A stretch of DNA of 64,000 nucleotides from Eukaryota sp. TZLM1-RC (GCA_040285825.1 JAUPSS010000007.1:1648689-1712688); one strand, 5' to 3'; positions 39,948 through 52,658 are shown, counted from the first letter of the stretch. Notes: generated from the sequence alone by a model not told the origin. Numbers and translations are program-made.

Positions 39948-42743
39948 CTAACCCAAATTGTTCATCTGTTGTTGGGTCCATTCCTTGATTTCTCTCTTGA
40001 GATCATCGAGCTCTTCGCAATCTTCTAGAGATAGAGGCGAACGAGTAAAAGGATCTCTTGGATCTGACAACAAATGACGTGACAAAATGGATTTATCCAT
40101 TACAGCACCAGAAGGTAATCTAATTGGATTATCCATCAAGGTATATGATAGAGAATCTAAATAATGATCAGGTGCCAACTCGGAAAGTTTTTCCTTCTTA
40201 CAAACAAAATCTTCGAGATAAACAACTTTTTCTACCAGTTCATTGAGACAACTTCTTTGTGACTCACGAAGCCCTGCTGAAACAAGTTCCACGAATTGCA
40301 ATAATGATTTGCATTGAGTATTGTATAGATCTTCAGCAAATTTTGCATCAAAACCATCAACCCTGGCCAATGCTGCAAGCACATTCCCGGATTGAAAGGC
40401 AAGATCAATAGAAGAGAAATTATCACCAGAACTTGCTTTATCCAATACCTCCAAAGCTGCAGTTTTAGCTTTTGAACCAGTGAAAGCAGAAACTAAAAAC
40501 ACTAATGTATTAGAAGCCCTTGAAATGATTGCAGTATCGTTGAAAAATTGAGGCAGATAGGTTGCTACAATGGCACACAAACTTAAAAATGATTTACCCC
40601 ATTTCAAAAGCATCATTGCTTGGTCTCTTACTGCTCTAGTAGAATTTTGATGCTCACCTTGTGATTCAACAGTGTCTTGAAGTTTAGAGAGCCCATCATC
40701 AATGAGGTACTGAATATCGTTCAATAATAACGTGATGAAATGATTGAGAAGGTCATTTTGATTGGTTGAAACCTCTTGAAAATAGGGCAAAAACCCACCA
40801 TTACTATGCAGTATTCCGAAGATTTCAGATATGGCTTCCCTTAAAGGAAATTTTTCAAAAAAAGCTGCATGAGTGTCCAAATTTTCGAACGCTATAAACA
40901 CTTCAATTAAGGTTTTGATCAAAATTTTAGACAAAGAACCATTCAATAACAAATGATTAACAAATACCGAGTCAAAATCAAGCACAAACGACAACCCCAA
41001 CACCAATTTGCTTCTGACATGTAAGGGTAATTCTGTTCTGCCTAGAAGTGGTGATAGATCAATAACCAAATAAAGAATCGATTTTACGAGTACCAAATCA
41101 TCCAATAAATTACTGTAGCCTCGACGGACAAGTAAATGTCCCAAATTACTGAGTACATTGAAGGTAGATTCTAAATAATTCAAAGGCAAAATATTGGAAC
41201 TTGACTCGGTACAAAACTGTCTACTACAGAGATCAGAACCAAACAGATTTCTAACAAAATAAAGATCCAGACCAACCACAAATAAACAATTTTGAAAAAC
41301 TAGTGGTGAACTAAGAATTTTACCCAAACAATCAATTTCGTTTTCTTCTTTTTTAAGTCTATTTTCAGCTGTTTGTCTCATTGGATGATTAGCTGGTAGC
41401 TCACTAAGTCTAGTCCTAGCATGAGACAGACTTGAGTGTCTATGGGAAAGATCTCTTTGTATTGGCTGAATCGTAATTGTCAGTAATTGATGAAGCAGAA
41501 AGTAAATTTCAGTATTCAAATTGAAAGAAATGTGCTGAGAGTCCATTTTTAATTCATAATCACCTCCAATTCTTTTAGTAGAGAATTTAAAACGATGACC
41601 ATAGAGCAAGAAATTTTCATCAACTTTTAACATTGATTTCCCCTCGAATTGAACCAATTCTTTGGCCAAAGGGGACAGCATTGTAAACAAAGACAGAAGG
41701 GATATGTCGTTAGGGAGTTCCACATTTGGTTGAAGCATTTGCCTTGGCGAAAGACAGTCAATCAAATTCCATATAGAGCTCAAAAAGTTTGACTTGAAAG
41801 GACCAGTCAAAAGGCTTCTACAGAAATTAGTACAATTGGATATACAGTCTTTGAGCATGGAAAATTGATTTAACATGTTTGTTGGAGAAAAGTTGTCATT
41901 AAAAGAGTGAAAGGCTGTATTAAGTGCAATAATAGGAGAAATTTCATTAAATTTGGCAAGTAATTCCTCCTTGTTTGAAGGAAAAACACGTAAAAACAGT
42001 TGATAATCACTATTTAATAACAATGAAATTTGATTTAAAAAAGATGATTGTGAAAACACAGATTGATTCTTTCCCAAAAAGGTATTGCAATGGTTGAGAA
42101 ATTGATTGGCTAGCTGACGTGATCGATCGCAATCAAGTGAAAGTTTGATTAGATTGGGGTTGCTGGCCAACAGTTCACCGAAAGCATCAATATTTGAAGA
42201 GCTCTTCAACCCAAAATACCTTGGACAATAATAAATGGTAGTAATTGTGGAGGCAATTGTGTTTGATAGGAAACCAAAACGTCTTTTGCAGTCCTTGGGA
42301 ATCTTGTCAAATTTACCAGTGACAGAGGTGAGGGAGTTCAACCGAGTAACTGGATCTGGGCAAGAAAATAACTTTAAACTCAAAAGAGAAGCTACCGATT
42401 CTGCTGATGGAGTAATTGTATAATGAAAGTCAGAGAAGGAAAAAAGATACTTGATAACATCACTGAATGAAGAAGAAGATACAGGGATAGTTATGGCCTG
42501 ATCTTGCAGAATATTCAGATCGGGTGGTTTTGATACCGGTTTTGGAGGTAAAGTAGTGGTTTTTGATGGTTGAGATGCTGGTTGTGGAGGTGACTCTGAC
42601 TTAAAGACTTCTGGAGACTTTTGGGTAATATGGGAATGTTCAGGTTTCTTGGAAGTTGGTTGAGATGCTTGAGAAGCACTCTGGCGTTGTTGTGAGGACT
42701 TAAAACCAAGTCTTGCGAGACGTTTGCGGCGTACTTCGTCCAT
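39948..42743 (-). CDS. UFD2: Ubiquitin conjugation factor E4 (Ufd2/UBE4), U-box ligase
   Basis: N-terminal MDEVRRKRLARL, FFEKFPLR core motif, C-terminal U-box PDHYLDSLSYTLMDNPIRLPSG..RHLLSDPRDPFTRSPL. Start reassigned to Met at 42743. Confidence 0.92.
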   Translation of the reverse strand: MDEVRRKRLARLGFKSSQQRQSASQASQPTSKKPEHSHITQKSPEVFKSESPPQPASQPSKTTTLPPKPVSKPPDLNILQDQAITIPVSSSSFSDVIKYLFSFSDFHYTITPSAESVASLLSLKLFSCPDPVTRLNSLTSVTGKFDKIPKDCKRRFGFLSNTIASTITTIYYCPRYFGLKSSSNIDAFGELLASNPNLIKLSLDCDRSRQLANQFLNHCNTFLGKNQSVFSQSSFLNQISLLLNSDYQLFLRVFPSNKEELLAKFNEISPIIALNTAFHSFNDNFSPTNMLNQFSMLKDCISNCTNFCRSLLTGPFKSNFLSSIWNLIDCLSPRQMLQPNVELPNDISLLSLFTMLSPLAKELVQFEGKSMLKVDENFLLYGHRFKFSTKRIGGDYELKMDSQHISFNLNTEIYFLLHQLLTITIQPIQRDLSHRHSSLSHARTRLSELPANHPMRQTAENRLKKEENEIDCLGKILSSPLVFQNCLFVVGLDLYFVRNLFGSDLCSRQFCTESSSNILPLNYLESTFNVLSNLGHLLVRRGYSNLLDDLVLVKSILYLVIDLSPLLGRTELPLHVRSKLVLGLSFVLDFDSVFVNHLLLNGSLSKILIKTLIEVFIAFENLDTHAAFFEKFPLREAISEIFGILHSNGGFLPYFQEVSTNQNDLLNHFITLLLNDIQYLIDDGLSKLQDTVESQGEHQNSTRAVRDQAMMLLKWGKSFLSLCAIVATYLPQFFNDTAIISRASNTLVFLVSAFTGSKAKTAALEVLDKASSGDNFSSIDLAFQSGNVLAALARVDGFDAKFAEDLYNTQCKSLLQFVELVSAGLRESQRSCLNELVEKVVYLEDFVCKKEKLSELAPDHYLDSLSYTLMDNPIRLPSGAVMDKSILSRHLLSDPRDPFTRSPLSLEDCEELDDLKREIKEWTQQQMNNLG

Positions 42744-43034
42744 TTTGGCTGATAAGGGACACCAAAAGTTTGTGTTCTTACAATTAAATTGTAACAATTT
42801 ACAATTAAAGAATTGTTGGTCTTGTACATTGCCGAATTTAAGAACATTCTGGGTTAAAGTTCGCCTTATCATGTTATAAGCAAATTGTTTATTAAATTTC
42901 ATGGGACATTATTGTCAAAATGGATTAGATGATATGAGCAATTTTTTTCTATTTATATTCAGAAAATTTAAAATACATCATGTTCGGTATCGAAACTGAT
43001 GAGGACGCAGTATATTTTACTGGAATTTTATTCA

Positions 43035-43240
43035 AAAACGGTGGTTATTAAGTCTTTAATTGATGAGTTTTGAACCAGTTGTTGTTTCAATTGTGAGAAG
43101 GTCTATGAGTAACTTGAAAAATTCCGATAGTGCAGAAATCCCTGGTCATGGAAGAGGCATGAAATGTCTATTGTCACCAGCTTACCATGTGTGAATCATG
43201 TGAAAGTTTGTGGAATAGAGATCGAAACGCTTCGTCAAAA
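43035..43240 (+). pseudogene. Fanzor/TnpB-like C-terminal relic (RuvC-II, Zn finger, RuvC-III)
   Basis: Manual translation across frames: IDEF*TSCCFNC..RNPWSWKR..HQLTMCESCESLWNRDRNAS. Confidence 0.7.
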
Positions 43241-43639
43241 GAGTTGGTATTGATGGAAGCACCTGAAAAAACAATTGCATGATAAAACAATTGAATTCAA
43301 TGAATGGCTGGATGAGACAACATGCATGTACACCATTATTTTAGTTAGAATCTCACTGGATGAATTTTGAACAATCAGCCACAGAATGATCCAAATAGAA
43401 AATTAAAAGACAAAAAGAAAAAAACATTAAGTCATTTTCAGCCATTAGTTTTTTATGATTCAAAAGGTCTAATATGTTTTTTTGTTTTTTTGTAAATTTT
43501 AAAAAACACAAATAATTTCAACTAACCATCAACTAAAAACATTTTTTTGAGTTGTCGCAGGCTAAATCTATATGGAGTTTACAGTAGACAATGGTGTTGG
43601 GTACTCGAGGATCGGTACCCACCCAGCTTGTGTTCTTCA

Positions 43640-44075
43640 GCTAACACCTTTTTTTGTATACTTTTCCACACATGTTGTGTGAAAGTATACATTGATGAAG
43701 CGATTAACATGTTTTTCATAATTCAATTTCAAATTATTTTCACAACTTGCAATCATCATTGGTGTCACAAACTGGGGACATTTTTTGTATTTATTTGTAG
43801 GAAATCGTTGAAAAAGTTCGGCCTATATCTCAAATTATTCACATAATTTTGAGTTTTGTTAACCGTTAATCTACAATTTCCTTCACTATATACAAAGACT
43901 TCCAACTTTTGTGGATTTGTCATTCAGGGTTATATCATGTGTTGTTCATTAAACTCAACAGAAATTTACCAAATTCTGACCTTCAATGATTCGTATCATT
44001 TGGCAGATTTACATGGTAGTAGCAAGATACGTTCAAAACTAGGCTCTTAATAGAGTTTCAAGCAACAGATGGTAT
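43640..44075 (-). pseudogene. Fanzor REC-region relic, same family as 51037..55528
   Basis: Manual translation CCLKLY*..FERI..YESL..FVYSEGNCRL..LRYRPNFF..ENNLKLNYEKHVN aligns with CCLKLYL..FERI..YESL..FVYGEGDYRL..LRYRPEFF..DNNLKLNYEKHIN at 52240..52630. Confidence 0.8.
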
Positions 44076-45459
44076 ATCCTTTGGATGGTTTTTTGTTTTT
44101 TTTTGTTTTTTTTAAAGTCGTTTGCTTCAGTTTTAGTGCAAAAAACAACAAAAAGTTGTTATTGTTGTTGTTGTAAATAACGTTTATTTGTTTTTAATAA
44201 TAGAACTAATTTGGTCATATGCAATCAAGTTTGTTACAATTTTAGTCATAGTGAATCTACAGCAATTCTGGTTCTTTCCCCATCGAGTTTCTTTCCTCTG
44301 CATCAAGTTGATATTCAATATTTAAAAATGGTGTATAAGTGAGAACAAAATGACCACAAGTTACCATGTGAAACAAAGGCCATAAAACCCTTATTCTGCA
44401 ATTATAACATACAGTCAAAGGGTTCATTGAAAAGAGCAATACAAATAAATTTATCTCTATTTATAGAAATTAGTAGTGCTTTGAACGATAACAATTGCCA
44501 AAACTGATCATTTACCCTTCTTTTTACTTCAAAATAAGAGAACACAATGGGGCTGTCAGGCATGATTGCAGCGCTTTTTTCCTCTTGTAATAAGAAAATT
44601 AACTGGAGATTCTTCAAAATTGCCACCAGAAGTTCCCAGGAATATTTTACTTCCTATTCTTCTAGTTTTAATTTTTGAAATTCCTTTTCTGATTAACAAT
44701 AATACTGCAAGGTTTCAGTTTCATCGACATATAAACAATAACAACACATTCTATCAACAGACACGAGAAAAAATAAGTTTGGTCATTGTGAAACAAGCAG
44801 AAGAAGAAGAAAAATGGCAATAACGACCAAACACAATTTTCCTCAGGAAATTTCTTACCAATGGGCCAATGTTAGCATTTGTAAGTGCAATACTATTGTT
44901 ACTCTATATTAATAGAGGAATAGTAAATAATGTAACCGCACTCTACCAAAGATGATTTGATACATTCAGTTTATATCTGGGATATAAAATCGTATACCTT
45001 TTAAACAAAAACAACAAATACTTTTGAATGTTTGAAAAGATAACATTTCAGAATCGATTGACTGGAAGCGATTAACGAAGGGTTTGTAACAAAAATGAGA
45101 TTATATTTGAATATCCCCATTAATCAATTATTATCAAAAGAATAATGTATTTGTTCAAATTCACCACAGCTCACTTTGCGTCATGCTCTGAATTGTTCGA
45201 CATTGATAACTTATCGTTATTGATTACATGATGCTGTTAGAGACACTGTTTTCAATATGGCAAAAACTGCAAGAATATCGTGTATCAAAGAGCCCATGTT
45301 GAAGGAAACACTGTCAATGAATAATTTCGGTTCTGATGATTGAGTTGATTCATACTGTAATTGTATTGAGAACTCTGAAGCTGTTGTTGACTTTGTCTCC
45401 TGGAATGTTGCAAATTACACTTTGGTTCAAAGAAGAAAATTAATCCTGTGACTGCTCTT

Positions 45460-47940
45460 GATTTTAAAGCAAAAGAGAAACATAGAAAATATGACAAAGA
45501 TATCGAAGAAGCTAATGCTGATAGAAATACACAGCTGGTTTTTATTGCTTTCCCATTTTCGATAAATGGAAGATTATCAGATGAAGCAGAAACTTTTTTG
45601 AATGACTTCCAAAAAATGGTGCAAGAAAAAACAATGAAAAGATTTTATATTTTTCATGGCGTTCACGGTTTCAATTTGCCATTATTAATAGATTCCCAAA
45701 ATTACCGATTAATTAAATAATCTTTTGTAGAAATTAGGCTCTGAACTTGATACAATTTCTTCTTTTGAAATTGAGGAACATAATAAATTTTCTATTTTAG
45801 AAATTTGTTATTCTGGAAAAATTACTCAAATTTTGAAAACAACTTCTCCTGATATTTCGCGTGATTTTTGCCGCTCATTGAATTACTTGAGAACAAAAAA
45901 TTTGCATCTTTGATTGATGTTAATCCTGGTCAAATTCGAAGCCATGTATTTTCATCATCTAATTTTGGTGGAATTAATTTCACTGATTCGTCTATTCTCT
46001 GTCAAGCTGCTTTCCTTGGTGGAGGGAAAAATTTTGTTTATGAATTTTGCAACCGATTTCCAAATGATGTTGCTTTATTGAATTCTACAAATAATACATA
46101 TTTAAGAGACCTTGAAAATGCCCTTGATTGTTTGCCTCCTTAAATTTGGAGTAAATGCTTTCTTGATAATGTGCAAGAAATACTACCTAGAACACTAGTC
46201 AATTTGAAATATTGTGTTAAAAAATTGCAACAAAAATTAGCAACAATTTGCGAAAGCCTGGATTTTAATGTTCGTCTTGGCTCGGCCAAAAAAGTTAATC
46301 CCGTTTTCGTAAACTTTTGTTAGATGCTCAAAATAGCTCTTCATCTTGTTTAATTTTTCAAATTTCTCAATTTTATGGTCTTCTTTTAGATGATACCACA
46401 ATTTCTTCTACAATGCCCTTCTATGTTCAATTTGGCCCAATAACGTTCCTCATAATTTGGATTGCAAATGTGGATCAAAAATTTCTGCAAATCATTTCTT
46501 AAACTGTAAACATTTTATTACTTTTCGATCAAAGGTCCATGATGCAGTTGGAGATCAGCTCTATTGTTTGTCTTAGTCTCACAAAATTGTCTCCTGTTTG
46601 GAACCATTACTTTTTCGTTCGGTTGATGAGGACATTTTGAATTCTTTTGGTCGGAACAGAGGTGCTTTAATGCTTGAAATCTTGAAGGAAACCACTATCA
46701 TTACTGATGTGAGATCAACTGATGTGTGTAATAATTCTTTCATACCATTAGATCAAAACACAAGAATCCGAAGACTGTTGCCGAAAATTCTAAAATTGAT
46801 AAATATAAAGCAAAATTGGTTTCCTTGAATGTTGAATCTCACACTCATTATGTCCTCTTTCAATTTGCTTTTTCCTTACATGATACACTTGGACCACTTG
46901 CTTTGTCTTTGTTGGATGATTTTATTGAAATTATAAAACAACGTACAGGAAGAATTCTTGGCAAATCGGTTTGGCAGAACAGAATTGTATTTTCAATTTT
47001 TAAAATTCCTGTCCCGTTGTTGTCTTCTGCTTTATTATCTCTTGGTCGCTTTTATGAAGTTATAACTTTCAGTCAATATTTGTTGGCTGATGTGGAATAT
47101 GAAGAGTTAGAATTTTAGTTTTTGTGTTTCTGTTTTGTTTTTTGAAAAAACTAATTTAAAAATTCTCTAAAAAATGTAAGTGTTCTTGAATTTGAAGCTA
47201 CAAAAACAAAGAAAATATGACAAAGATATCGAAGAAGCTAATGCTGATAGAAATAGACCATTTGTTTTTATTGCCTTCTCATTTTCGATAAACGGAAGAC
47301 TATCAGTAGAAGCAGGCATTTTTTTGAATGTTTTCCAAACAATGGTTCAAGAACAAACAATGAAAAGATTTTATATCTTTTTATGGCACTCTCAAATTCA
47401 ATTTGCCATTATTAATAGATTACCTCGGTTTTTCAATCGAAATAGAGAATTTTTAGTTAGACAGCAAGCAGAGCAAGATTTTGTAGGGGAAATCTTGGTT
47501 CATCGAATTTAGTCCCATTAGTTTTGAGTTTATTTTGTCAAGTGTGTAAGTTTAATAAAAGTTATGATTTAACATTACAAAAACAAATAAGCAACTTGTA
47601 TGAGGATGATCTGTTTGAATACACATGCAGCTCAGCTGCTTTAGATCAAGGTCCTGATTCAATGTTATTATACAAAGGTGCATGTAAGGAATGTGAATCA
47701 GATTCATTTACTGTTTGTCTCCAATGTGTCACGAAGGTTTGGTAAGTTATTTGATGTTGTTTTGTGGCGGTCGCGAATTCAATTTGCTATAATTATTAAA
47801 TTACCTCGGTTTTTTATCGAATAAGAGAAGCCATGGCAGGAAAACAAGGAGATCAGGATTTTGTAGAGGAAATCTTGGTTCATTGAATTTAGCTCCATTA
47901 GTTCTGAGTTTATTCTATCAAGTGGTGTAATTCAATATAA
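45460..47940 (+). mobile_element. Decayed non-LTR (RLE-type) retrotransposon fragments, different family from the rDNA element
   Basis: FGGINF..QAAFLG (RT thumb), KVHDAV, RNRG..ITDVRS, FAFSLHDTLG, and three repeats of a KYDK..FIAFxFSINGRLS 3' segment; many stops. Confidence 0.65.
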
Positions 47941-48155
47941 ACATGATAAACTATGTTTAATTGAAGATTTCTTGAATATACAAAATTAAATTTATATATT
48001 AACAGATGAAATAACGTTGTTGTAGTGTCATGTTTGCCATACCCAGAAATCTAACCTGAAATGTATTTATGGAGCTAGGTATTCATGTATGTAGCAACAA
48101 AACAAATTTAGATTTAGAAAATTGTTGAAAATACAGAATAAATAATCGCTAAAAC

Positions 48156-48385
48156 CTAAATATAATGAAAGCCATTTTTTTCACTTTCAAAAGGTCTAAC
48201 AGAAACAAAACTAAAAGTCTCCCCAAACGCAGGCAAATTACCCCAACTACTTTCCCCAACTACCTCAACAAAATCACCAGCAAACGAATCTGCCAAAACT
48301 ACCACATCTGGTAAAGGAAAAAGCCTCAAAGCAGAGTCTTGATGCCACACGATTGCTCTAGATTGAGTAGAGAAAGGGCAAAGAT
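48156..48385 (-). pseudogene. Duplicated 3' fragment of POLE2
   Basis: Near-identical reverse complement of 63774..64000 (LCPxSTQSRAIVWHQDSxLRLFPLPD..FHYI). Confidence 0.9.
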
Positions 48386-48685
48386 AAAACAAAGTAATTC
48401 AATAAAAAATTTGAATCATGCTTATTCTCCACATTGTGGTGGTGTTACGTGGATAAAGGCCTCTATTCGTACTTTTTGTACATTCATTCATAGAAACTCA
48501 CTAAAGCTCAGAAATTCTTCTCTTGTTGGACAATTTGGCAATTTCTGCTAAAAATACAACTTTTTGTACTGGGTTTTAAAGCTGTTTAGTTGCAACTTCA
48601 ATACTTAACCCAGAACAAATACTGCAAGATTAAAGGTGTCGAGTAACATTTCACTTAAACAAAAAAGGATGTAGTGTTTACAAGT

Positions 48686-49906
48686 TTATTCTTCCAAACC
48701 ACCATACAAAGTCAATGATGCCAAATGTCCATTTCTAATAACTTCAAATATCGACTTATCATAAACATAAAAATGGCTTGGACCATATGGATTTGCAGAA
48801 GAAGCGGGGTTATGTACAAGGGGTTCAGAGGGCTCTCCTAAAGCTACCTTTAAATCATCAAGTGTTGAGGAAAACAATAAACTACTGGAAGGTTCTGTTT
48901 TTGGTAAAGGAGGTGTAGGGGTATTCGATAACTTCTCTTCTGTAGTAAAAGTCTCTTCTTCCCGATTGGCAACAGCAGTGTCGGCAATAGCAAAGTTTGC
49001 CCTCTGATACACATTAAACAGGGGATGTCCAGGAAAATTAGTGAACAGCCGAATCATATCAACCTCATGGAGTACACCATCCATCAAGATGTCAATTCCT
49101 CTGGAAAAATAGTTTAATACATAGCCATCCTTCTTCTTCATTGACCTTCTTACACCAGTGCCGCTTTGTCTGGGGAATGTAGCTTCAGGATCACCAAATA
49201 TTGAGAGAACACGTTGGAGAGGTTCACCTAGAGAAAGACTAACAGTGGGATAGCGATCCATTAATGTGACGGTTCCTTTAAAATCTATACCAATTTGTTC
49301 AAAATACACTGCATTACTTGGGGATATTGAAGGACTCACTGGGGGAAGTGGTGGAAGTTTTGGTTCGTCCTCAAGCTTGTAGGAATAAAAGAACTTCATT
49401 TTTGAAGCGACTGGGGCAGCACCATCAGGATAGTCTACCCTTATGTTCAAATTGGACTTTTCAAAGTACTTTTGGTATTGGTTTGCTATGGGGAAATGGA
49501 ACTCCATACACGGATAGCGCAGTTTGAATAACTGAGATTCAGCATCGTAAATTCCAGGTGTTGTTGCTCCGAAAACTTCATATAAAAAGTTTAACCTCGG
49601 GGGTAAAGAAGGTCCCATAAAATCAATTTCACGTCCATCACGCTTGAAAAATAAGTTGAGATCATCTGAACCTAGGTTAATTTCTATCTGAAACAGGCGC
49701 TGGGAAATAGGTTCGAAGTAGAAAACAAGACCATTTTGTTCAAGATTAAGGGTAAGGGGATGTTCTAGATGGTTTTGTTCTCGATAGGTAAACCGAACAG
49801 ATGGAACTATACTTTCGTAGTGCTGGATTTCTCGCATAACTTCTTTAAAAGTCATACCAAGGATGAATGGATGTAGGCCGTGGCCGGCTTCTAGTTGTAG
49901 ACGCAT
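48686..49906 (-). CDS. PHAF1/C16orf70 (UPF0183) family protein
   Basis: GLHPFILGM, FEPISQRL, FGATTPG.YD, YVLNYFSRGIDIL, TNFPGHPLFNVYQRANF, NPYGPSHFY, FEVIRNGHLASLTLY. Confidence 0.85.
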   Translation of the reverse strand: MRLQLEAGHGLHPFILGMTFKEVMREIQHYESIVPSVRFTYREQNHLEHPLTLNLEQNGLVFYFEPISQRLFQIEINLGSDDLNLFFKRDGREIDFMGPSLPPRLNFLYEVFGATTPGIYDAESQLFKLRYPCMEFHFPIANQYQKYFEKSNLNIRVDYPDGAAPVASKMKFFYSYKLEDEPKLPPLPPVSPSISPSNAVYFEQIGIDFKGTVTLMDRYPTVSLSLGEPLQRVLSIFGDPEATFPRQSGTGVRRSMKKKDGYVLNYFSRGIDILMDGVLHEVDMIRLFTNFPGHPLFNVYQRANFAIADTAVANREEETFTTEEKLSNTPTPPLPKTEPSSSLLFSSTLDDLKVALGEPSEPLVHNPASSANPYGPSHFYVYDKSIFEVIRNGHLASLTLYGGLEE

Positions 49907-50059
49907 TGTGTTGAGCAGTGGGTTGAGAAACAAATTACAAATTTCAAATTAGTTTCACATTATGAGTGGATCCACTTGTTCTCCTTTACCTTGTTTAACA
50001 ATGGTCAAGAAACATCACGCTACTATTATGGTATATTTATTGAATTTGCACACTTAATT

Positions 50060-50284
50060 AAATTAACTCATAACTAATGGGACGACTATCATTGAACCAA
50101 GATTTCCTCTACAAAATCTTGATCTGCTTGCTGTCTAGCTAAAGCTTCTCTTATTCGATTGAAAAACCGAGGTTATCTATTAATAATGGCAAATTGAATC
50201 CGTGAACGCCATAAAAAATATCAAATCTTTTCATTGTTTTTTCTTGCACCATTTTTTGGAAGTCATTCAAAAAAGTTTCTGCTT
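50060..50284 (-). mobile_element. Non-LTR 3' fragment, inverted copy of the 45586/47300 segments
   Basis: AETFLNDFQKMVQEKTMKRF shared with ORF 45448..45720. Confidence 0.7.
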
Positions 50285-52658
50285 GTAAACAAATATACTT
50301 GTAAACAAATAAATATATCAGATTTTTGAAACATTGATAGTACGTTGTTGGTCGAGCTTGGAAAATTTGAACTTTTAGATGGAACATTTGTATACCGTAT
50401 ACACAGTTCAGACTTGAATAGGTATCCAATTCAATTGAACTGCTATTTATTTTTTTTGATTTTATATAAATTATTAAGTTGGAAAAAATTTGGACTCTAA
50501 TTATTACGTCAAGGTCAGAGCCTCGATTTCCTGTCGGAATCGTCGTTCTGATCCTTCCGTGGGGATATACTATTGCACTTTTTTCAGTCATCATGTGAGT
50601 CATGATATGGGTGCTGTTGAATCAGACATGGTGCTAATCACCTTGGATATGGGATTTCCTTTTGATGTTTTTGATTTTGTTAATTGTTTTGATTTAGGTA
50701 CTTGCACTTTGAATATGGGATGTTTTTCTTGTATGTGTTTTGTTTTGAATTGTTGTCTTGATGTTTTCCAGTTTGTTGTTTTTTGTAATTTACGTACTTG
50801 TGCTGTAGATGTGGGATGTTTCTTCTGTATTTGTTTTGTTTTACATTGTTGTTTTGATGTTTATGAGTTTGTTCATTTTTGTGGTTTAGATTCTTGCGCT
50901 TTAGATATGGGGATGTTGTGTCTCAAATTGTTATTTTGATATTGTTGAGTTTGATTATTATGTTAATAATTTATCCCTTCAATCCAGTGGCTCCCAACAT
51001 CTCCTATCAACAAACCCATTTACTGTTGATTTAACAATGGATGGAGATGTTAAAGCAAATCATGGTCCCAGAAAGAGAAGATCTAATTTTAAGTCAACTC
51101 CTCCATCAAAAATTATAAGAAATGCAATTTTTGACCAACAAACATCAAAGCGTAAGCGAAAAAAACAACAAAAAGCACTAAACCGAGAAATTTGTATTGA
51201 GAATACATTGTTGGATATCGAGAACAGGAAGATTTTGACAAAACCATTGAAACCGAGTATGGTCAGAAAAATTTGAGCCAAGTCTTGTGGTTTCAAGTCT
51301 GATTCACTGATTCAACTCAAATCAATGACCTCAAATCAAAATCTTCCCACTGTTATGTGCATTGATCTTGAAACCTATCAGGAGGGTCATCTTTATCAAA
51401 ATCATGATGGCCACCTTTCTCCATCCTGACGAGATTATCAACAAAAAGAGAAAAGAGGGTGCAAATCTTTTGAGAAAAAAAATTGATGAACAAATGGGTG
51501 AGTGGATTCCAGATCAAAGAGTGTTTTTAATTTCCATTGTTGTTGGTAAGTTCGATCGCCATAATTTCTTTTTGGAGAGTAAATATTCACTTATGTTGAG
51601 AATGAGTCCTCAAGTTAGATTACCAGACATTGATATGGATATTCAGACAGAAATTTTGTCTGACGAAAAAACCTTGCTTCGTAGGTTCTTGAACATTATT
51701 GGTAATCATCAACCCCATTGTTTTCTTAATCACAATTTAATACAGTTTGATTTCCAGGTTTTAAAAAATAGATTAAATTATTTTGATTTACCATTTCCCA
51801 CTGTTCGAGATGATGCAACAATTGATGTACTCAATCAAGTTTCACCGAGATGGAGAGAAGTTGTCATCAGGGAAAATGGCTTTTTTCTTTTAGGTACTTT
51901 GGTATTTTCCAAAAAATTCATAAAAATACCCTACGGACATGGATTAAACAATCTTGCATATAAAATGATAAATGAAAAGAAAATCAAACTTCATCAGGTT
52001 TTTTCCCATATTTTGCCAATTGATTGTTTAGCTACTCCTAAACTAATACAAAATTCGATTCAATATGGGCTTCATGATTGTATCCTTTGTCTGAAACTTT
52101 TCGTGTTGTTTCAAAAAGACAAATTTATGTTGCCATCTTATAAAACCATTCGAGCAACCGTCAACTCAATGGTTAAACATTCGAATGTAATACTCAAATT
52201 GCGAGAAACTGCTGTAAAATTTCTACAGTTACGTATTGACACCACATGTTGCTTAAAGCTGTATTTGCAGTCTTGTTTTGAACGTATCTTTATACCACCA
52301 CGAATATCTGCCCAATTATATGAATCATTAATGGCCAGAATTGGTTATATTTCAGCTGAGTATTATGGGCAAGAAATGGTGAAACCAAAAAGTGCATTTC
52401 CACAGGAAAACTTTGTTTATGGTGAAGGAGATTATAGATTATCGACCACTTTTGAACAAGAACAGTTGCACAAAACATTGAGTTATGTAGACCATTTGAG
52501 ATACAGGCCTGAGTTTTTTCCTTAATTTCCAACTGATGGCTTCAGTAACCCACCTGAGTATATGGCCCCAGTAATGTTTGCCAATTTTGACAACAATTTG
52601 AAACTAAATTATGAAAAACATATCAACTTTGACAAACCAGATGTGGAAAGTGTGTTAG

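Noticed and set aside
43593-43655. Branched hairpin followed by a T-run, Pol III RNA-like
   Set aside because: No A/B boxes or family motifs, and it adjoins the minus-strand Fanzor relic; could be chance.
50490-50939. Cys/Phe-rich 149-aa ORF
   Set aside because: Arises from a degenerate ~84-bp low-complexity repeat; no domain recognised.
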